This document shows positions 50,683 to 64,000 of a DNA stretch of 64,000 bases, piece after piece (the first letter of the stretch is position 1; every line of letters starts with the position of its first letter). Position numbers and translations under genes: made by a program. The stretch is from Pseudovirgaria hyperparasitica (Eukaryota): the NCBI GenBank assembly GCA_010093815.1, contig ML996567.1; one strand, 5' to 3'. The notes under the pieces are model-generated. The model was given only the letters and a program-made list of their open reading frames with translations. It was not told the DNA's origin and made no database searches.

Positions 50683-51154
50683 TCATGTTCTAGCTTCCGG
50701 ACAGCAAGATGCGTGCTTTTTGTAGGGGCAGAGCTCAGAACAACATTATGTATACTTTCCAAGCTATCTAATAGGTGCATGCTCTTGTGGACATGGTAGA
50801 TCCGTCTGGTGAAAGTGCTGAACATAGAACCTTGGGATGGATGGCCATCATCAAACACTGGAAGTTTTCTTGCCGCGTAGCGAGTCCTGACATGGGAGAT
50901 CTGCCTGAGGCTGACATTACCGTATGCTTAGTCATCTCATTTTTGGTTGATGTCCACGGTGTTCCAAGAATCAGAAAGCAGCTGCCTGGAACACCAAGCT
51001 CTGTACTTCCTATTCCTACACAAACTAATGACCTGAATCCCATACGCACACGCCGGCACAACTCACCCACTTTCAGATCTCACCTATAACTCTCTCGCCC
51101 TACAAGCTCTACCTCTCGGCGTCCAATTGACACCTACCCCCAACATAGGCCAGA

Positions 51155-52157
51155 ATGGCCAGCTACGGCTACCCTCAACAACCTGCTCAAGGCGGCTACG
51201 GCGCGCAAAACCTCCAGTTCTACCCCTCATCCTACGGCACACAGCCAGTATCAGGCCACTCTACACCCTTCCAGGCATACAATGGAGGCGCACAGTCGCA
51301 AGCATTTGGCGGCGCGGGCTTCGGAAGTGGATTTGGAGGACAACCTGGTGTGAGCGGGCGGATGGGCGAACAAGGTGGATTACGAACGGGCTGGCTGGCG
51401 GCGTTTGGGACAGAGGGGTATGATGGCGAGCCGCCGCTACTGGAGGAGTTGGGCGTAAACTTTGGCCATATCAAGACCAAGGTCAGTGGGAATTCACCCA
51501 AGAGCATCCGAGAGCATAGTAAGGCATATGGACTGACGATTCAGTAGACACTGGTAGTGTTGAATCCGTTCGGGAGAATAGATCAGCATATCATGGATGA
51601 TTCGGATCTCGCTGGACCGATACTGTCGTTTTTGCTGTTCGGCACATTCTTGTTACTGGTGAGCTATGTCCTTGGACGGCATTGTGGCTCCGCTAATGTG
51701 TGTACAGTCTGGTAAAGTGCACTTTGGCTATATCTACGGACTTGCGCTCCTCGGTAGCATTTCCCTCCATGCAGTACTCTCTCTTATGTCGCCTCCTCTC
51801 TCAGCCGCGGAAGAGGCTAGCGCACAAGGACATCATCACTCGTCATCACACTTTCAGTCCACGCTGACATTTCCTCGATCGGCATCTGTATTGGGATACT
51901 GCCTTCTACCGCTCGTAATAATATCTCTGATCGGCATTGCGATTCCAATGGATGGCATGTTTGGTTATATCTTGACGAGTCTGGCAATTGCGTGGTCCAC
52001 GTATAGTTCCAGCGCCATGTTTTGCGCTGTCGGAAGGATGAGTGGTATGAGGGGATTAGTGGCATATCCGTTGGCATTATTCTACGTTGGGTTTGGGATC
52101 ATGAGTATCTTTAGCTCAAGAGGGACGGGCCCAATCTCTGCGGCTTCGAGTAGCTGA
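51155..52157 (+). CDS. YIP1: Yip1 Golgi/ER membrane protein
   Basis: GYDGEPPLLEELGVNFGHIKTK, MDDSDLAGP, SGKVHFGYIYG, SVLGYCLLP, LVAYPLALFY. Two introns. Confidence 0.95.
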
Positions 52158-52858
52158 GTGACGTGGATGGTCCTGCAATATCAATCACCACCTCAAAGAA
52201 GATGTCTTCTATGCTCATATACACACTACATACGGGCAGAATTGGCCCGAGGTCTGAGGGGCGTATCGATTCTGGATACTCGTGCTGCATGGGAAGACTA
52301 ATGGCTTTGCATAGTCGTCCAAAGAGAATCCTGTGGGTTGGTGAGTACAGTATGGTTCAAATTCGTCCACCTTTTGGCCACTCTCATGGGTATGACGGGC
52401 CTCGAAGATCTAGTAGCTATAGTGTCATACTGGATTCAGTCTTCATGCGCGACCACCATGGGCTGGAAGGATATTGACAGTGTTTGCCGCATTGTTAGTG
52501 TTGACTGATGACGAGTTTCCAACGACGAAAAGCGAAAAATGTAGACAACAGTCTTACAAGAATGAATATGAACGATGGTATTAGGGTGCCTCATAATAAG
52601 AACCATGCGCTTTAGCTTCATCGTTCAGTGAACAGGTATTACACTATTACACTAGATCAATGACGGAATTTATCGGAGCAAGTCGCTGCCAAGACAGGGT
52701 CCATGGATTCATCTGCCAAAAAGTTGTCACGCTCGGACCACTCTTCATCTTTACGACAGCCTTGTTCGCCTCGTCGCGAATCTTCATTGTATCTCATCTT
52801 CTTCCATATACAGTTCTAATTACTGCCAAAAATCATCTGATTCAAGCATTCTATCACC

Positions 52859-53929
52859 ATGGGCTGGTTCTGGGCAGATACAACCCCTACGGCATCTCGC
52901 ATTCCGCCTCATCCCATGCCCTCCTCCGACGCCTCTCCTCCTGTATGTCCACTGTAGAACCACTGTAGAACAACTCATAACAGTTCTGACTCCTCATAGC
53001 CCGGCTGTCCAATGCATAATCCCTCTAATCCTTCACCTCCTTCAACTGTATCATCAACTACACCGTCCAGCGCATGCCCCTATACACCACCCGACAAAAC
53101 GCTCTCCGCAATAACTCCCGCCACCCAAACACCACCTCCCCCTGAATCCTCGCAACCTCGCTCGACCCTCTCCAAACTAAATCCCCTCAACTACATGTTC
53201 TCCGATCTGTCCCAGTCTCGCGCGCCCAATCAAACCACCGCCCTCCCCACCTCCCGCGAAGCCTCCACCATCCCGCGCGGCGACGGCAGCGGAACATGGG
53301 AATACCCCTCCCCCCAACAAATGTACAACGCCATGCTGCGCAAAGGCTACACGGACACTCCATCAGACGCCGTCGAATCCATGGTCGCCGTGCACAACTT
53401 CCTCAACGAGGGCGCCTGGGGCGAGATCATCGAATGGGAGCGGCGCTTCGGGCGCGGGCTCGCGCACGGCTGGCGCGCATGTGCGCGCGGCGAAGACGGC
53501 AGCGTACATGGCGCGATGCTGGGCACGGGGGAGTGGGAGGACAAGAGCGTCCCGGAGCCGCGGCTGGTGCGGTTCATGGGCCGGCCGTCGGAGCGCACGC
53601 CGAAAGCCAGTCTGATCCAGGCGCTGGGGTGGGCGTGGCCGAGTCGGTTTGCGAGCGAGGCGCCGTTTGATCGGCATGATTGGTTTGTGCGGAGGTGTGA
53701 TGAGGAGGGCAGGTGTCGCGAGGTGAGGTATGTGATTGATTACTATGAGGGGGCTGAGGACGAAGAGACGGGCATGCCGGTGTTCCATCTGGACGTGCGG
53801 CCGGCGGTGGATGGGCCGACGCAAGCGTGTGAGAGGTTGATGCGGTGGGGTGGCGATATATGGTGGAGGGCGAGCGGTGGGGTAACGAGGGAGTTACAGA
53901 AGGCCCAGGAGGCGAAGGCAAAGTCGTAA
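52859..53929 (+). CDS. CYC3: Holocytochrome c synthase (cytochrome c heme lyase, Neurospora cyt-2/yeast CYC3 type)
   Basis: MGWFWAD start, CPM/CPY heme-regulatory motifs, [50 protein letters not shown]. One intron. Confidence 0.93.
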
Positions 53930-54311
53930 ACGCATTCGTCAGGTGGACTGTATGATATATAGGGATGGGAATGGTGTGTTCCTGTCATGGATTACGGCTT
54001 TTTTACTCTGATGGGAACCGGTAATGTGTATCACGATATGCGGGCGCTTTGACTCATCATAGTTTACTCTTATTTCTTGTAGATTCTTCTCCTACATACC
54101 TTAGTATAACGAACCCGGTCTACACTCTCGATCACTACGCTCCAGTATCTTCGGAAGGGCGATCGTACTTGTGCTCATGCCGCTGCACGCATTCAACGTA
54201 CAACGTGTCAATTCACGCACAGTCACCGCAGTCCGCGTAGGAGAGTCATCAGATTCATTCACTAAAGAAAATACATATGGAACTATCCAATATAAAAGAG
54301 AGTCGTGCAAA

Positions 54312-54350
54312 TTTCAAAGCTCATACTTTCAAAACTCATACTTCCAAAGC
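54312..54350. repeat. 15-bp imperfect tandem repeat TTTCAAARCTCATAC x2.6
   Basis: Read directly from the sequence. Confidence 0.8.
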
Positions 54351-54494
54351 AAAAGGAAAACATCATAACGATACGTGCCCAGAAACCCCGACCTGCGCAG
54401 TTAGAGCATCAGACCGACTCTGCCTACATGGCGTCGCTACCTGAACCAGGACAAGGGATTCCACGAGAATTCAGGTGGCTCGGGTCCGGTATGC

Positions 54495-57400
54495 TCAAGG
54501 CTGTCTTTCGGGCAAGTGTGCCTGAGGGGATGATTGCGTTCGTGTGATCCATGAGTGATTGGCGTCGTTGTTGGTGTGCGCTTGCGTGTTGGTTCGGGGT
54601 TCGTTGTCGGTGTTTGTGTTTTGATCTTTGTCTGTACTTGCTTTGTCGTCGATGGTTCCTTTGTCGTCGATGCCTCCTTTGTCATCGATCTGCTCAATGC
54701 CTGTCGCGTCGGTGTTCTCGGACACTTGCCTGGCTTGCAGCTCCTCGGCATCTAACTGCTTGACTAGGTCTATGAGCGACTGAGCTTCGGCTGGAGAGTA
54801 GATTCTTTTTATGACATCGATGACCTGGGCGTCGACCAACCATCTTGGGAAGACTCCCATGTCTTGGGCTCCATGGTATATCACCCCACGGTGAGCGCCT
54901 CGAAGAAGGAATTCTCGAGTTGCCGGGTAGCTACGACGATCATCGTCTTCATCTTGATAATATGTGGCTATCTCGCCCAAATATGCCTCCCAAAACGTAG
55001 GCAGGAACTTCCCTGAGCTTGTACATTGTTGACGAATCCATGGGGTGAGTAGACAGTTCGCGGGTACGCCACGATCTAGAAACCAAAGAACAGACCGACT
55101 TATAGGTACGGAAGGATTGTTTGGCGATGAACTTCCCATGCGCATCCGACGTGCTGAGCACCCTCGGTAGTATTTGGAGGGCATATGCCAAGTATTGAAG
55201 AACTCGTCGCACAAGCGAATGAGGTCTTGCTTGCTGATTTTAGCACACTTTTCCTCTACATACCAAGCCAAGTCGTCAAAACGAAAACGGAAACGAGAAC
55301 CCTTGATGAATGACGACCAACAATAAGGGATCCCCTTCCCGTCGTTCGTGAAGAATTCTGAACCTGCATTCATGGGGGTTTCAGGTTCAGAGTAGTTACC
55401 ATCGCCGGGCAACAACTGGTCCCAATGGCCATGCAACGAACCGTACATCTCCTCCAAATTTCGAAATCGCGCCCAGTCCTTATTTAACCTCCAATTGTCT
55501 TCGTTGGTGTAGCTGAAACAGAGGTAAGGGTAGGCCACTGAATAGACGCTCTCGCGGTGCATAAGTACAGAACACAGTTGGTCAAGCAATGACCCTTGCA
55601 CCTGCCGATCAGCCATCCGAGCGACGATACCCAATATCATATATGCTATATTGACATCCATATTGATGTGGAAATCTTTGCGATCCACAATGTAACCGAA
55701 TTGATTCGACGGACCAGATGCACAAAAATGTGTACTAGTCATTTTCAGGCTCAAGAAGCATCCATTCATGATTACGGCATCGAAGTCGATTTCTTCGCAC
55801 GAGCGTCCTAACTTTTCTTCCAATGCGACTTTAGTGACAGGAGATCGCAAAAATTCAGAAGCGGATCGGTGTATAAGGTCGACCGAGGGGTTATTGTGCT
55901 CATAGTCCCAATCACCGAATACCTGCAGAAGATCTGGGCACCGTGCTTGGAGTTTTGCTGATTCCGATCGAATCAGTGCAACTTCTTGAATTTCTGTGAG
56001 AAGAATGATTGGAGCTTTTACACCTAATGTGAGATCAGGTCGGGGTCCGTAGATTGGCTTAAAGACCCAGAGCGGTAAACACAGCTCGTCCCTTATTTCC
56101 TCCCAGTATGTTATAATGCGTAGTATCCGTATAAGGTCCTGCTGGTAGAAGTCTTCAGTCGTCTCTATCATACGCATAAAATACGCATGCAGCTTCGTTG
56201 GCATCGTGTCAAGTCTTGCTTGTATCGTCGCTAGGGCATCACCATTGATCAAACTTCTGCAAATGCTTTTGGTCACCAGAACGACCCACAGAAATACGCC
56301 TTCTGACTTGTAGGCAATCTGAGATTTTATATGTTCGATCACTTTATCGTCTGCCAAGAATTTTCTGTAGGAGTCCTGACACAATTCCAGCTCCACATAA
56401 CGGCGAATATCGTTCAGGTTCAGCTCATGCATTTTCAAGTGTCTTGAACGGTGTCCAAAAGCATTTGTGAAAACATTCCATGGCCTGCTTGAGACACACA
56501 ATTTGAAGGTTTGGATAGAGCTGAGCTGTTCCACTATTGTTTTGATCCTGTAGGCACTGTCTGTTGCATGATCGCCTTTATGCGTAGCTTCCTCGAGACC
56601 AGGTTCTACCGAGTCTTCATACTCATCAAGTCCATCAATGAATAAGCAAAAACGAGTTTTAATATCGGGGGTATCGAGTCTATGGAGACAACCCAATAAA
56701 TCAGGTGTCGTCCACGGATGTCGAATTACAAGTCCGGGGTCTAAGCTTGAGATGTTGGACGGAAGTATTCTTTCGAGTAGGTCTGGGCTTTGTCGCACGA
56801 TTTCGAAGAGCATACAGCGAAGCAGGCTCACCAGAGATTTTTGATTCGACGTGCCAATAGCCCAGAAGTAGAACCCGGCCGTAACCAATTGTGCATCTCC
56901 TGCCCAATGTCTTAGGTGTTCGGTCGTGGTTTCACTGTGCTGCAGAAATTTGACCAGTGTCGACTTTCCGGATCCAGGGGTGCCAGTAATCCAGAAAATC
57001 CCTTCTTCCTCTCTTAACCACTTCACAAAATGTTCTTGAGACTTGAAAATCCAGTCCAGTGTATCGTCGTGAGGGCGTTCTATATTTGCCAGTCTAGTCC
57101 TCATAGCAGCAAACTGAAGTGATTGCAAGACAGCAACCAGCATACTGATATGCTCACTTGATTTCTTCCAGTGCCGAAGGGTGGTAGAAATTTCCTTTAC
57201 CGATGAATGTAATTCTGTCTTCAGAGTCTCTGCCACCGATTCAGCTGACGCGTTGATAATATCCTGTAACTTCTGAAAGCTTTCCCCTTGACTCAGTTTA
57301 AGCCGTTGGTACTGTTGAAAGACTTCGGAAGTCGCCACAGAGGCATCGCTTTGAAACTTCCTGTACCCAGTAAATTATCGGAACTCATCTCGACGACCGA

Positions 57401-57843
57401 AAAACATACCTGATATCTATCAGGATCTGCGAGTCGAGCTCACTTCGAGCATCACTTAGCTGTTGGAGCTTTTGGTCAATCTGTGGTTTGGCTTTGTGAT
57501 TGCGGATCGCTCCACGTACAACCCGAAGGCTGAACCGTCGTGCTGATTTGGGTAATCTGAGTTCTTCAATTTCCTTCTTGATATCTGCAGCCAAGATGAT
57601 GCACTGGCTTGCCAGATCACATGTTCTTGTATTACTTTGTGAGTTTCGGAACTGGTCTGCACTACTTCTCAGCTCGGCCAGAGAACTGGTGAGAAACTTC
57701 ATGTTTTCTTGGATAGACTCGTTTCTAGTCGTTGAACCGGACGTATTTCGTTGCAGCTCAGAGCCTGTGTCGTACAGCTTCTTTGCTATTTCCATGAATT
57801 GGAGGACGTTCCCCGCCAAGGCTACAGCTGCCAGAGCCTCCAT
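54495..57843 (-). CDS. NLR-like protein: helical (SesA/HeLo-like) N-terminal domain + NACHT, with no recognisable canonical repeat domain
   Basis: MEALAAVALAGNVLQFMEIAKKL N-terminus, intron ~57361-57409, Walker A FWITGTPGSGKST, Walker B FCLFIDGLDE, LCVSSRPW, SEGVFLWVVLV, LIHRSASEFL. Confidence 0.9.
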
Positions 57844-58789
57844 GACTACGAAGAGTATAGTAACGCTGTGACCACGTTGAAGATCACAGCTAGGGAACAC
57901 TGGCTTGGGCTAAAAGAGGCTCCTCAATGATAGTGATACAAGAATGCAAGGAGGAATGAGTCCATGGAGAGAAGGCGAGGCCACGAGCGGCGCAGCATCA
58001 AGGCTTTGAGGCTTAGGCTGCGGAAAAGGCATCGTGCAGCTCACGCGGAAGGCTGTCGTCAGTCAACAGTACCGATGAGCCCCTGCGCGCATAAATCTCT
58101 AATCCTGTCCGAGACTGGAGGGACTGACCTATTTTGCTTATCGCGTTACACAGGTCTTGCAGATCCAGAGATGGGCATATACAATCCTAATCCTTCCATA
58201 CAAGCTCAATCTGGGCCAAAATTGAGATAGAGAATACAAGCTCAATCTGCGCCTCAGAATGATTGCCAAGATGGTACAATCCCAATCCAATTGGTCAGAT
58301 TGCTGCTTATGTTGAATTTAAATAAAGTGTTGAAGTGGGGTATATTTCTATAGCCTTACTGGTCAGATCATGCGCAAGGTTCGTCGACAGGACGAATTGC
58401 CAAATGATTGAGTGAGCCTACTCGGTCAGGGACCGGTCATGTTGACCCTTTGAACCACTTGATAGTAGGACCTTTCTCTCGGACATTCAAACGGATATCG
58501 GACATGGAACCCGTGGAATTGTAAGATGGAAGCACTTCGTGGAAGCGATGAATACATTAGTTGTCATCAGCGCTAAACCGTACTTGGCACCGTAAGGGAC
58601 TAGAGCGCCAAGGATTTTCACGATGACACACCTCCATATTCATGTGCGAACCGCCGGCGTTCGACTTTGGCGTCCTTACTCCCCTTGATGATATTTGAAA
58701 GGCTGCATCAAGGCTACCGAAGAAATAGAACCCGCTCTGTCGAAGCTATAGAGTTTCCACAGGAACCATAAACGAAGCCTTATGCCGAG

Positions 58790-61700
58790 ATGTCGCCGTC
58801 ACTCGAGGACATGGAGGCCGAGTGGCACTCGCAGCTCAACGCAATGCGCAGCGCCATTGCAGACTTAGGTATTTCCAAGTTGACTGGAAGTACTGTCCCG
58901 TATGGTCATGATTTTGAATTGGACATAGATAGTACCCCTTCCGCCAGTGCGAGTGACGAAGACCTTTGGGACATCATTAGCGATGATAATGATGATGGCG
59001 AAGTGACCGACTATTCTGCTATGGCTGCAGAAAACAGCCTTTCTACTGTTTTTAGTAACTCGGGTACAATTTACAGTCGAGAGTGGCTGCGTGAGCAGTG
59101 TAGTCAAGTTGCTCGTGGCAGTGCAGGCCTGGACGGCGACACACTACAAGATCAAGTGTTTGCCGTCCTTGCCTCGGACAGCAATGGTACATTCACAGGC
59201 CTCTCAGAAACCTTTCTCCATTCTCGTGCTGACAAAGTCTAGATGAGGAGCTCCAGATGATACTTGCAGAAGTTCTTGGTTATGAACAACTTGACCTCGT
59301 TGCTGATCTCATCAAACATCGGCAAACGGTAGTCCGATCTTCTGATACCTCACCAGACAGCAGAACAACTGCCGGCAGGTTGCAAACACGACAAGAGCGT
59401 GAAGAGACTCTTCGTCGACAGGAACTGGAGCATAAAAATGCACCATTACCAGCACGATCTCATTTCGATTCACCCAAGTATCCACACGTTTACAAGACCC
59501 ATGATGAAGGCAACACGTTGTCATCCTCTGGCAGAAAGTACGCCGTGCCCCAAGGAAGTCAGCGTGTTGAACATGAAGTGAGACAGGATGTTGAATGCAC
59601 ACCGCAATTGCAAGCTGACATTTGTTAGAAATATGAAGAATATACAATACCCGCTGCAAAGGTCGGCGTCCTTGGCATGGGCCAGAGTCTAGTCGAAGTT
59701 GCCCATATGGATGGGCTTTGCAAAAGAACTTTCAAAGGGTACAGAGCCCTCAATCGCATGCAAAGTTTAGCTTACCCAGTCGCATACAAAACAAGCGAAA
59801 ACATGCTCATTTGTGCTCCAACTGGTGCCGTAAGTTTCAAAGCCTCTCCGGTGTTCCACGTTGAAACTCATTATAACACAGGGTAAAACGGATGCAGCAA
59901 TGCTCACTATTCTGAATACCGTCTCAAAATATGTGGCACCCAATCCAGTCGAACACCCAGATGCTGTCGACTTTACTGTCATGACCGAGGATTTCAAGAT
60001 TGTCTATGTTGCCCCTATGAAAGCCCTGGCAGCCGAAATCACAGACAAATTAGGGAAGCGCCTGTCCTGGCTTGGCATCCAGGTTCGTGAATTGACGGGT
60101 GATATGCACCTGACCAAATCAGAGATCATGCAAACACAGATCATTGTTACGACTCCCGAGAAATGGGATGTTGTCACGCGGAAGAGTACTGGAGACACGG
60201 AACTCGTACAAAAAGTTCGATTGCTCATTATCGATGAAGTCCATATGCTTCATGATGAGCGTGGAGCAGTGTTGGAATCGCTTGTTGCACGTACGGAGCG
60301 TCAGGTTGAAAGCACTCAATCCCTCATTCGAATAGTTGGACTTTCGGCAACGTTACCAAATTATGTGGATGTTGCAGACTTCCTCAAGGTGAATCGCGAT
60401 GCTGGTCTCTTTTACTTCGATGCCTCGTTCCGTCCGGTACCCTTGGAACAGCACTTCATTGGAGTCAAGGGCAAAGCAGGGACAGCAAAGTCAAGAGAGA
60501 ATCTGGATACTACTGCGTACGAGAAGGTAGAGGATATGCTGAGAAGGGGGCATCAGATCATGGTCTTCGTCCATTCGCGCAAAGACACTTTCAAGACCGC
60601 AAAGATGATTTATGAAAAAGCGTTAGAGGCAGCATCAGCTGATCTACTTAGTCCTATCGGCCATCCTAACTATGACAGTGCAGTGCGGGAAATGAAGTCA
60701 TCGAAAGGCAAAGAATTGCGCGAACTGATACCGAAGGGCCTGGGAACACATCACGCTGGTATGCCACGCACAGACAGAAACCTGGTCGAACGTCTATTTG
60801 CCGATGGTGTCATAAAAGTGCTGTGTTGTACTGCTACTCTTGCTTGGGGAGTCAATCTGCCCGCCGCTGCCGTGGTCATCAAAGGCACAGAGCTCTATAG
60901 CTCACAAGAGGGAAAGTTTGTCGACTTGGGGATCCTTGACGTCTTACAAATTTTTGGACGTGCTGGTCGGCCGCAATTTCAAGACACGGGTATCGGTTTC
61001 ATCTGTACAACACATGACAAGCTGCATCACTATCTTTCCACGGTCACGCAACAGCTACCAATCGAGTCGAGCTTCTCTAAACGAATGGTCGACAATCTGA
61101 ATGCTGAGATCTCGCTTGGGACGGTTACTTCCGTAGCAGAAGCTGTCCAATGGATTGGCTACTCCTACCTCTTTGTGAGGATGCGGCGCAATCCTCATTT
61201 ATACGGGATAGATTGGGCAGAGATTAGAGACGATCCTCGACTCGTTCAAAGGAGACGAAAGCTAGTTATTGACGCTGCCAGAGTCTTGCAGCAGAGTCAG
61301 ATGATAATCTTCAATGAAACTACCGAAGAACTCCGAGCGAAAGACGTTGGCCGGATAGCCAGTCAATACTACGTGCAACAAAGCAGCATTGAAATTTTCA
61401 ACACCATGATGAAACCTCAGGCCACAGAAGCTGACGTGTTGAAAATGATCTCCATGAGTGGAGAATTCGACAACATCCAGTCAAGGGATACGGAGGAGAG
61501 GGAACTCACACGATTGAAGGACGAAGTGATTGCCTGTGAAGTCGATGGTGGTGTCGGAACGCCTCACGGCAAGACGAACATCTTACTTCAATCTCACATC
61601 TCGAAGGCGCGACTCGAAGACTATACTTTGTCTTCGGACACTTCATATGTAGCCCAAAACGCAACACGAATTTGCAGAGCTCTTTTTATGATAGCACTCA

Positions 61701-64000
61701 ACAGGCGATGGGGTCACCAATGCCTAGTACTGCTGTCCCTGTGCAAATCAATCGAGAGGCAGGTATGGCCTTTCGAACATCCTTTTCATCAATTCGACCT
61801 TCCACAGCCTGTGCTCAGAAATCTCGATGAGAAGAGTACTTTGACCTCGATCGAGCAGATGCGCGATATGGAGCCATCAGAGATTGGTCAACTGGTCCAC
61901 AATAATAAAATGGGCGGTATCCTGACGAAACTACTCGACAACTTCCCAACTTTGAGCGTAGACCACGAGATCGCGCCACTCAATCGCGATGTACTCAGAG
62001 TCCGATTTTATATTACTCCGGACTTCCGATGGAACGATAAGCACCATGGTACTTCAGAATCATACTGGATCTGGGTCGAGAACTCGGAGACATCCGAGAT
62101 CTACCATCATGAATTCTTCATCCTATCAAGAAAGAAGCTGTACGACGACCACGAATTGAACTTCACTATACCCCTAACTGATCCACTGCCGACTCAGATT
62201 TACGTCCGCGCCGTGTCTGATCGTTGGCTTGGAGCCGAGACAGTTACTCCTATCTCGTTCCAGCACCTTATCAGGCCCGATACGGAAAGTGTGTACACTG
62301 ACTTGCTCAATCTTCAACCATTGCACATCTCAGCACTCAAAAATCCGCTTCTGGAGGAACTTTATGGCCAACGCTTCCAATACTTCAATCCCATGCAAAC
62401 CCAGATCTTCCACTGTCTATACCATACACCGGCTAATGTATTACTTGGATCTCCGACAGGTAGTGGGAAGACTGTTGCAGCTGAACTGGCGATGTGGTGG
62501 GCCTTCCGCGAGAACCCTGGATCGAAGGTCGTATACATCGCGCCTATGAAGGCGCTTGTGCGCGAGCGAGTGAAGGATTGGGGCAAACGTCTTGCTCTTC
62601 CGATGGGTCTGAAACTCGTCGAACTTACTGGTGACAACACACCTGATACTCGTACGATTAGAGACGCCGATATTATTATTACTACGCCTGAGAAATGGGA
62701 TGGTATCAGTCGTAGCTGGCAGACGAGGGGCTACGTGCAACAAGTCAGTCTTGTCATCATCGATGAGATTCATCTACTGGGTGGCGACCGTGGTCCAATT
62801 CTTGAGATCATTGTCTCTCGTATGAATTATATTGCATCTCAGAAGAAAGGCTCGGTACGCTTGCTGGGTATGTCCACTGCGTGCGCAAATGCCACAGACC
62901 TGGGCAACTGGCTTGGTGTGAAGCAAGGGTTGTTCAACTTTCGACATTCTGTACGACCGGTACCGCTTGAGATCTTCATCGACGGTTTTCCAGAACAGCG
63001 AGGCTTCTGCCCGCTGATGCAATCGATGAACAGACCGACCTTCCTCGCCATCAAGTCACACTCTCCCAACAAGCCAGTCATTGTATTTGTCGCTTCCCGA
63101 CGGCAAACTCGCCTTACAGCCAAAGATCTCATCAACTTCTGTGGCATGGAAGACAATCCACGTCGCTTTGTAGGAATGTCGGAAGATGATCTTATACTCA
63201 ACTTATCCCGCGTCAAAGACGACTCTCTTCGCGAAGCTCTTAGCTTCGGAATTGGCCTGCATCACGCTGGTCTCGTTGAATCTGATCGACAGCTCGCAGA
63301 AGAGCTTTTCGCAAATAATAAGATACAGATCCTCGTTGCCACGAGTACTCTGGCATGGGGTGTGAATCTGCCTGCGCATCTAGTTGTAGTCAAGGGTACA
63401 CAGTTCTTTGATGCCAAGATCGAAGGGTATAAAGACATGGACTTGACAGATGTTCTCCAGATGCTTGGTCGCGCCGGTCGTCCTCAATTCGACTCATCTG
63501 GAGTTGCCCGAATCTTCACACAGGAGGCTAAGAAGCCATTCTACAAGCATTTCCTGCATACTGGATTTCCAGTAGAGTCCTCATTGCACAATGTCCTGGA
63601 CAACCATCTGGGAGCAGAGATCTCGGCGAAGACTGTTGCTACAAAACAGGACGCGCTGGATTATCTGACATGGACGTTTTTCTTCCGGCGTTTGCACAAG
63701 AATCCATCGTACTATGGTCTTAAAATTTCTGCTGATGAGCACAACACCATCGCAGCCCAACAGCTTGCGAATGAGTACATGACTGAACTAGTTGACAGGT
63801 CTCTCAACGAGCTTGCCACTTCTGGGTGTATAGAGATCCACTCCGATGGTGATATCGATCCTACCCCTCTTGGTCGCATAATGAGTTATTACTATCTGTC
63901 GCACAAGACTATTCGTCATCTTAAAGACCATGCGACACGCACGGCGACTTTCGAGGACGTGTTGAAGCTGATGAGCATGGCGACCGAGTACGATGAGCTA
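58790..64000 (+). CDS. SLH1: Ski2-like tandem helicase Slh1/Rqt2/ASCC3; 3' end lies outside the window
   Basis: Two helicase cassettes: APTGAGKT...IIDEVH...GLSAT...QIFGRAGRPQF, a Sec63-like region, then SPTGSGKT...IIDEIH...QMLGRAGRPQFD. Three 5' introns. Confidence 0.94.

Overview
Gene-dense, intron-containing DNA from a filamentous ascomycete (Pezizomycotina; typical introns about 50 nt, GT..CTRAC..YAG). About 25 genes or pseudogenes can be reconstructed. Conserved housekeeping genes: RPL7, SNF8/VPS22, eIF3c, YAK1, a DAL81/TamA-like Zn2Cys6 factor, a YggS-type PLP-binding protein, AP-2 alpha, a ferric reductase, YKT6, YIP1, cytochrome c heme lyase and the SLH1/ASCC3 helicase (truncated by the window end). 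Between them sit accessory-type genes: two NACHT (NLR-like) genes, a convergent fructosamine-kinase/aldo-keto-reductase pair, a partly decayed block at 32-37.5 kb (APH-fold kinases, a small HW...CQ protein with an internal TGA, a KKAEEA-repeat peptide, a secreted lipase), two F-box-like genes and an AbiEii-like nucleotidyltransferase. The two oversized RPL7 introns carry a clear box C/D snoRNA and a candidate H/ACA-like structured RNA. No tRNA, rRNA, CRISPR array or intact transposon was seen. All family calls come from motif recognition by eye, not database searches, and splice coordinates are manual.
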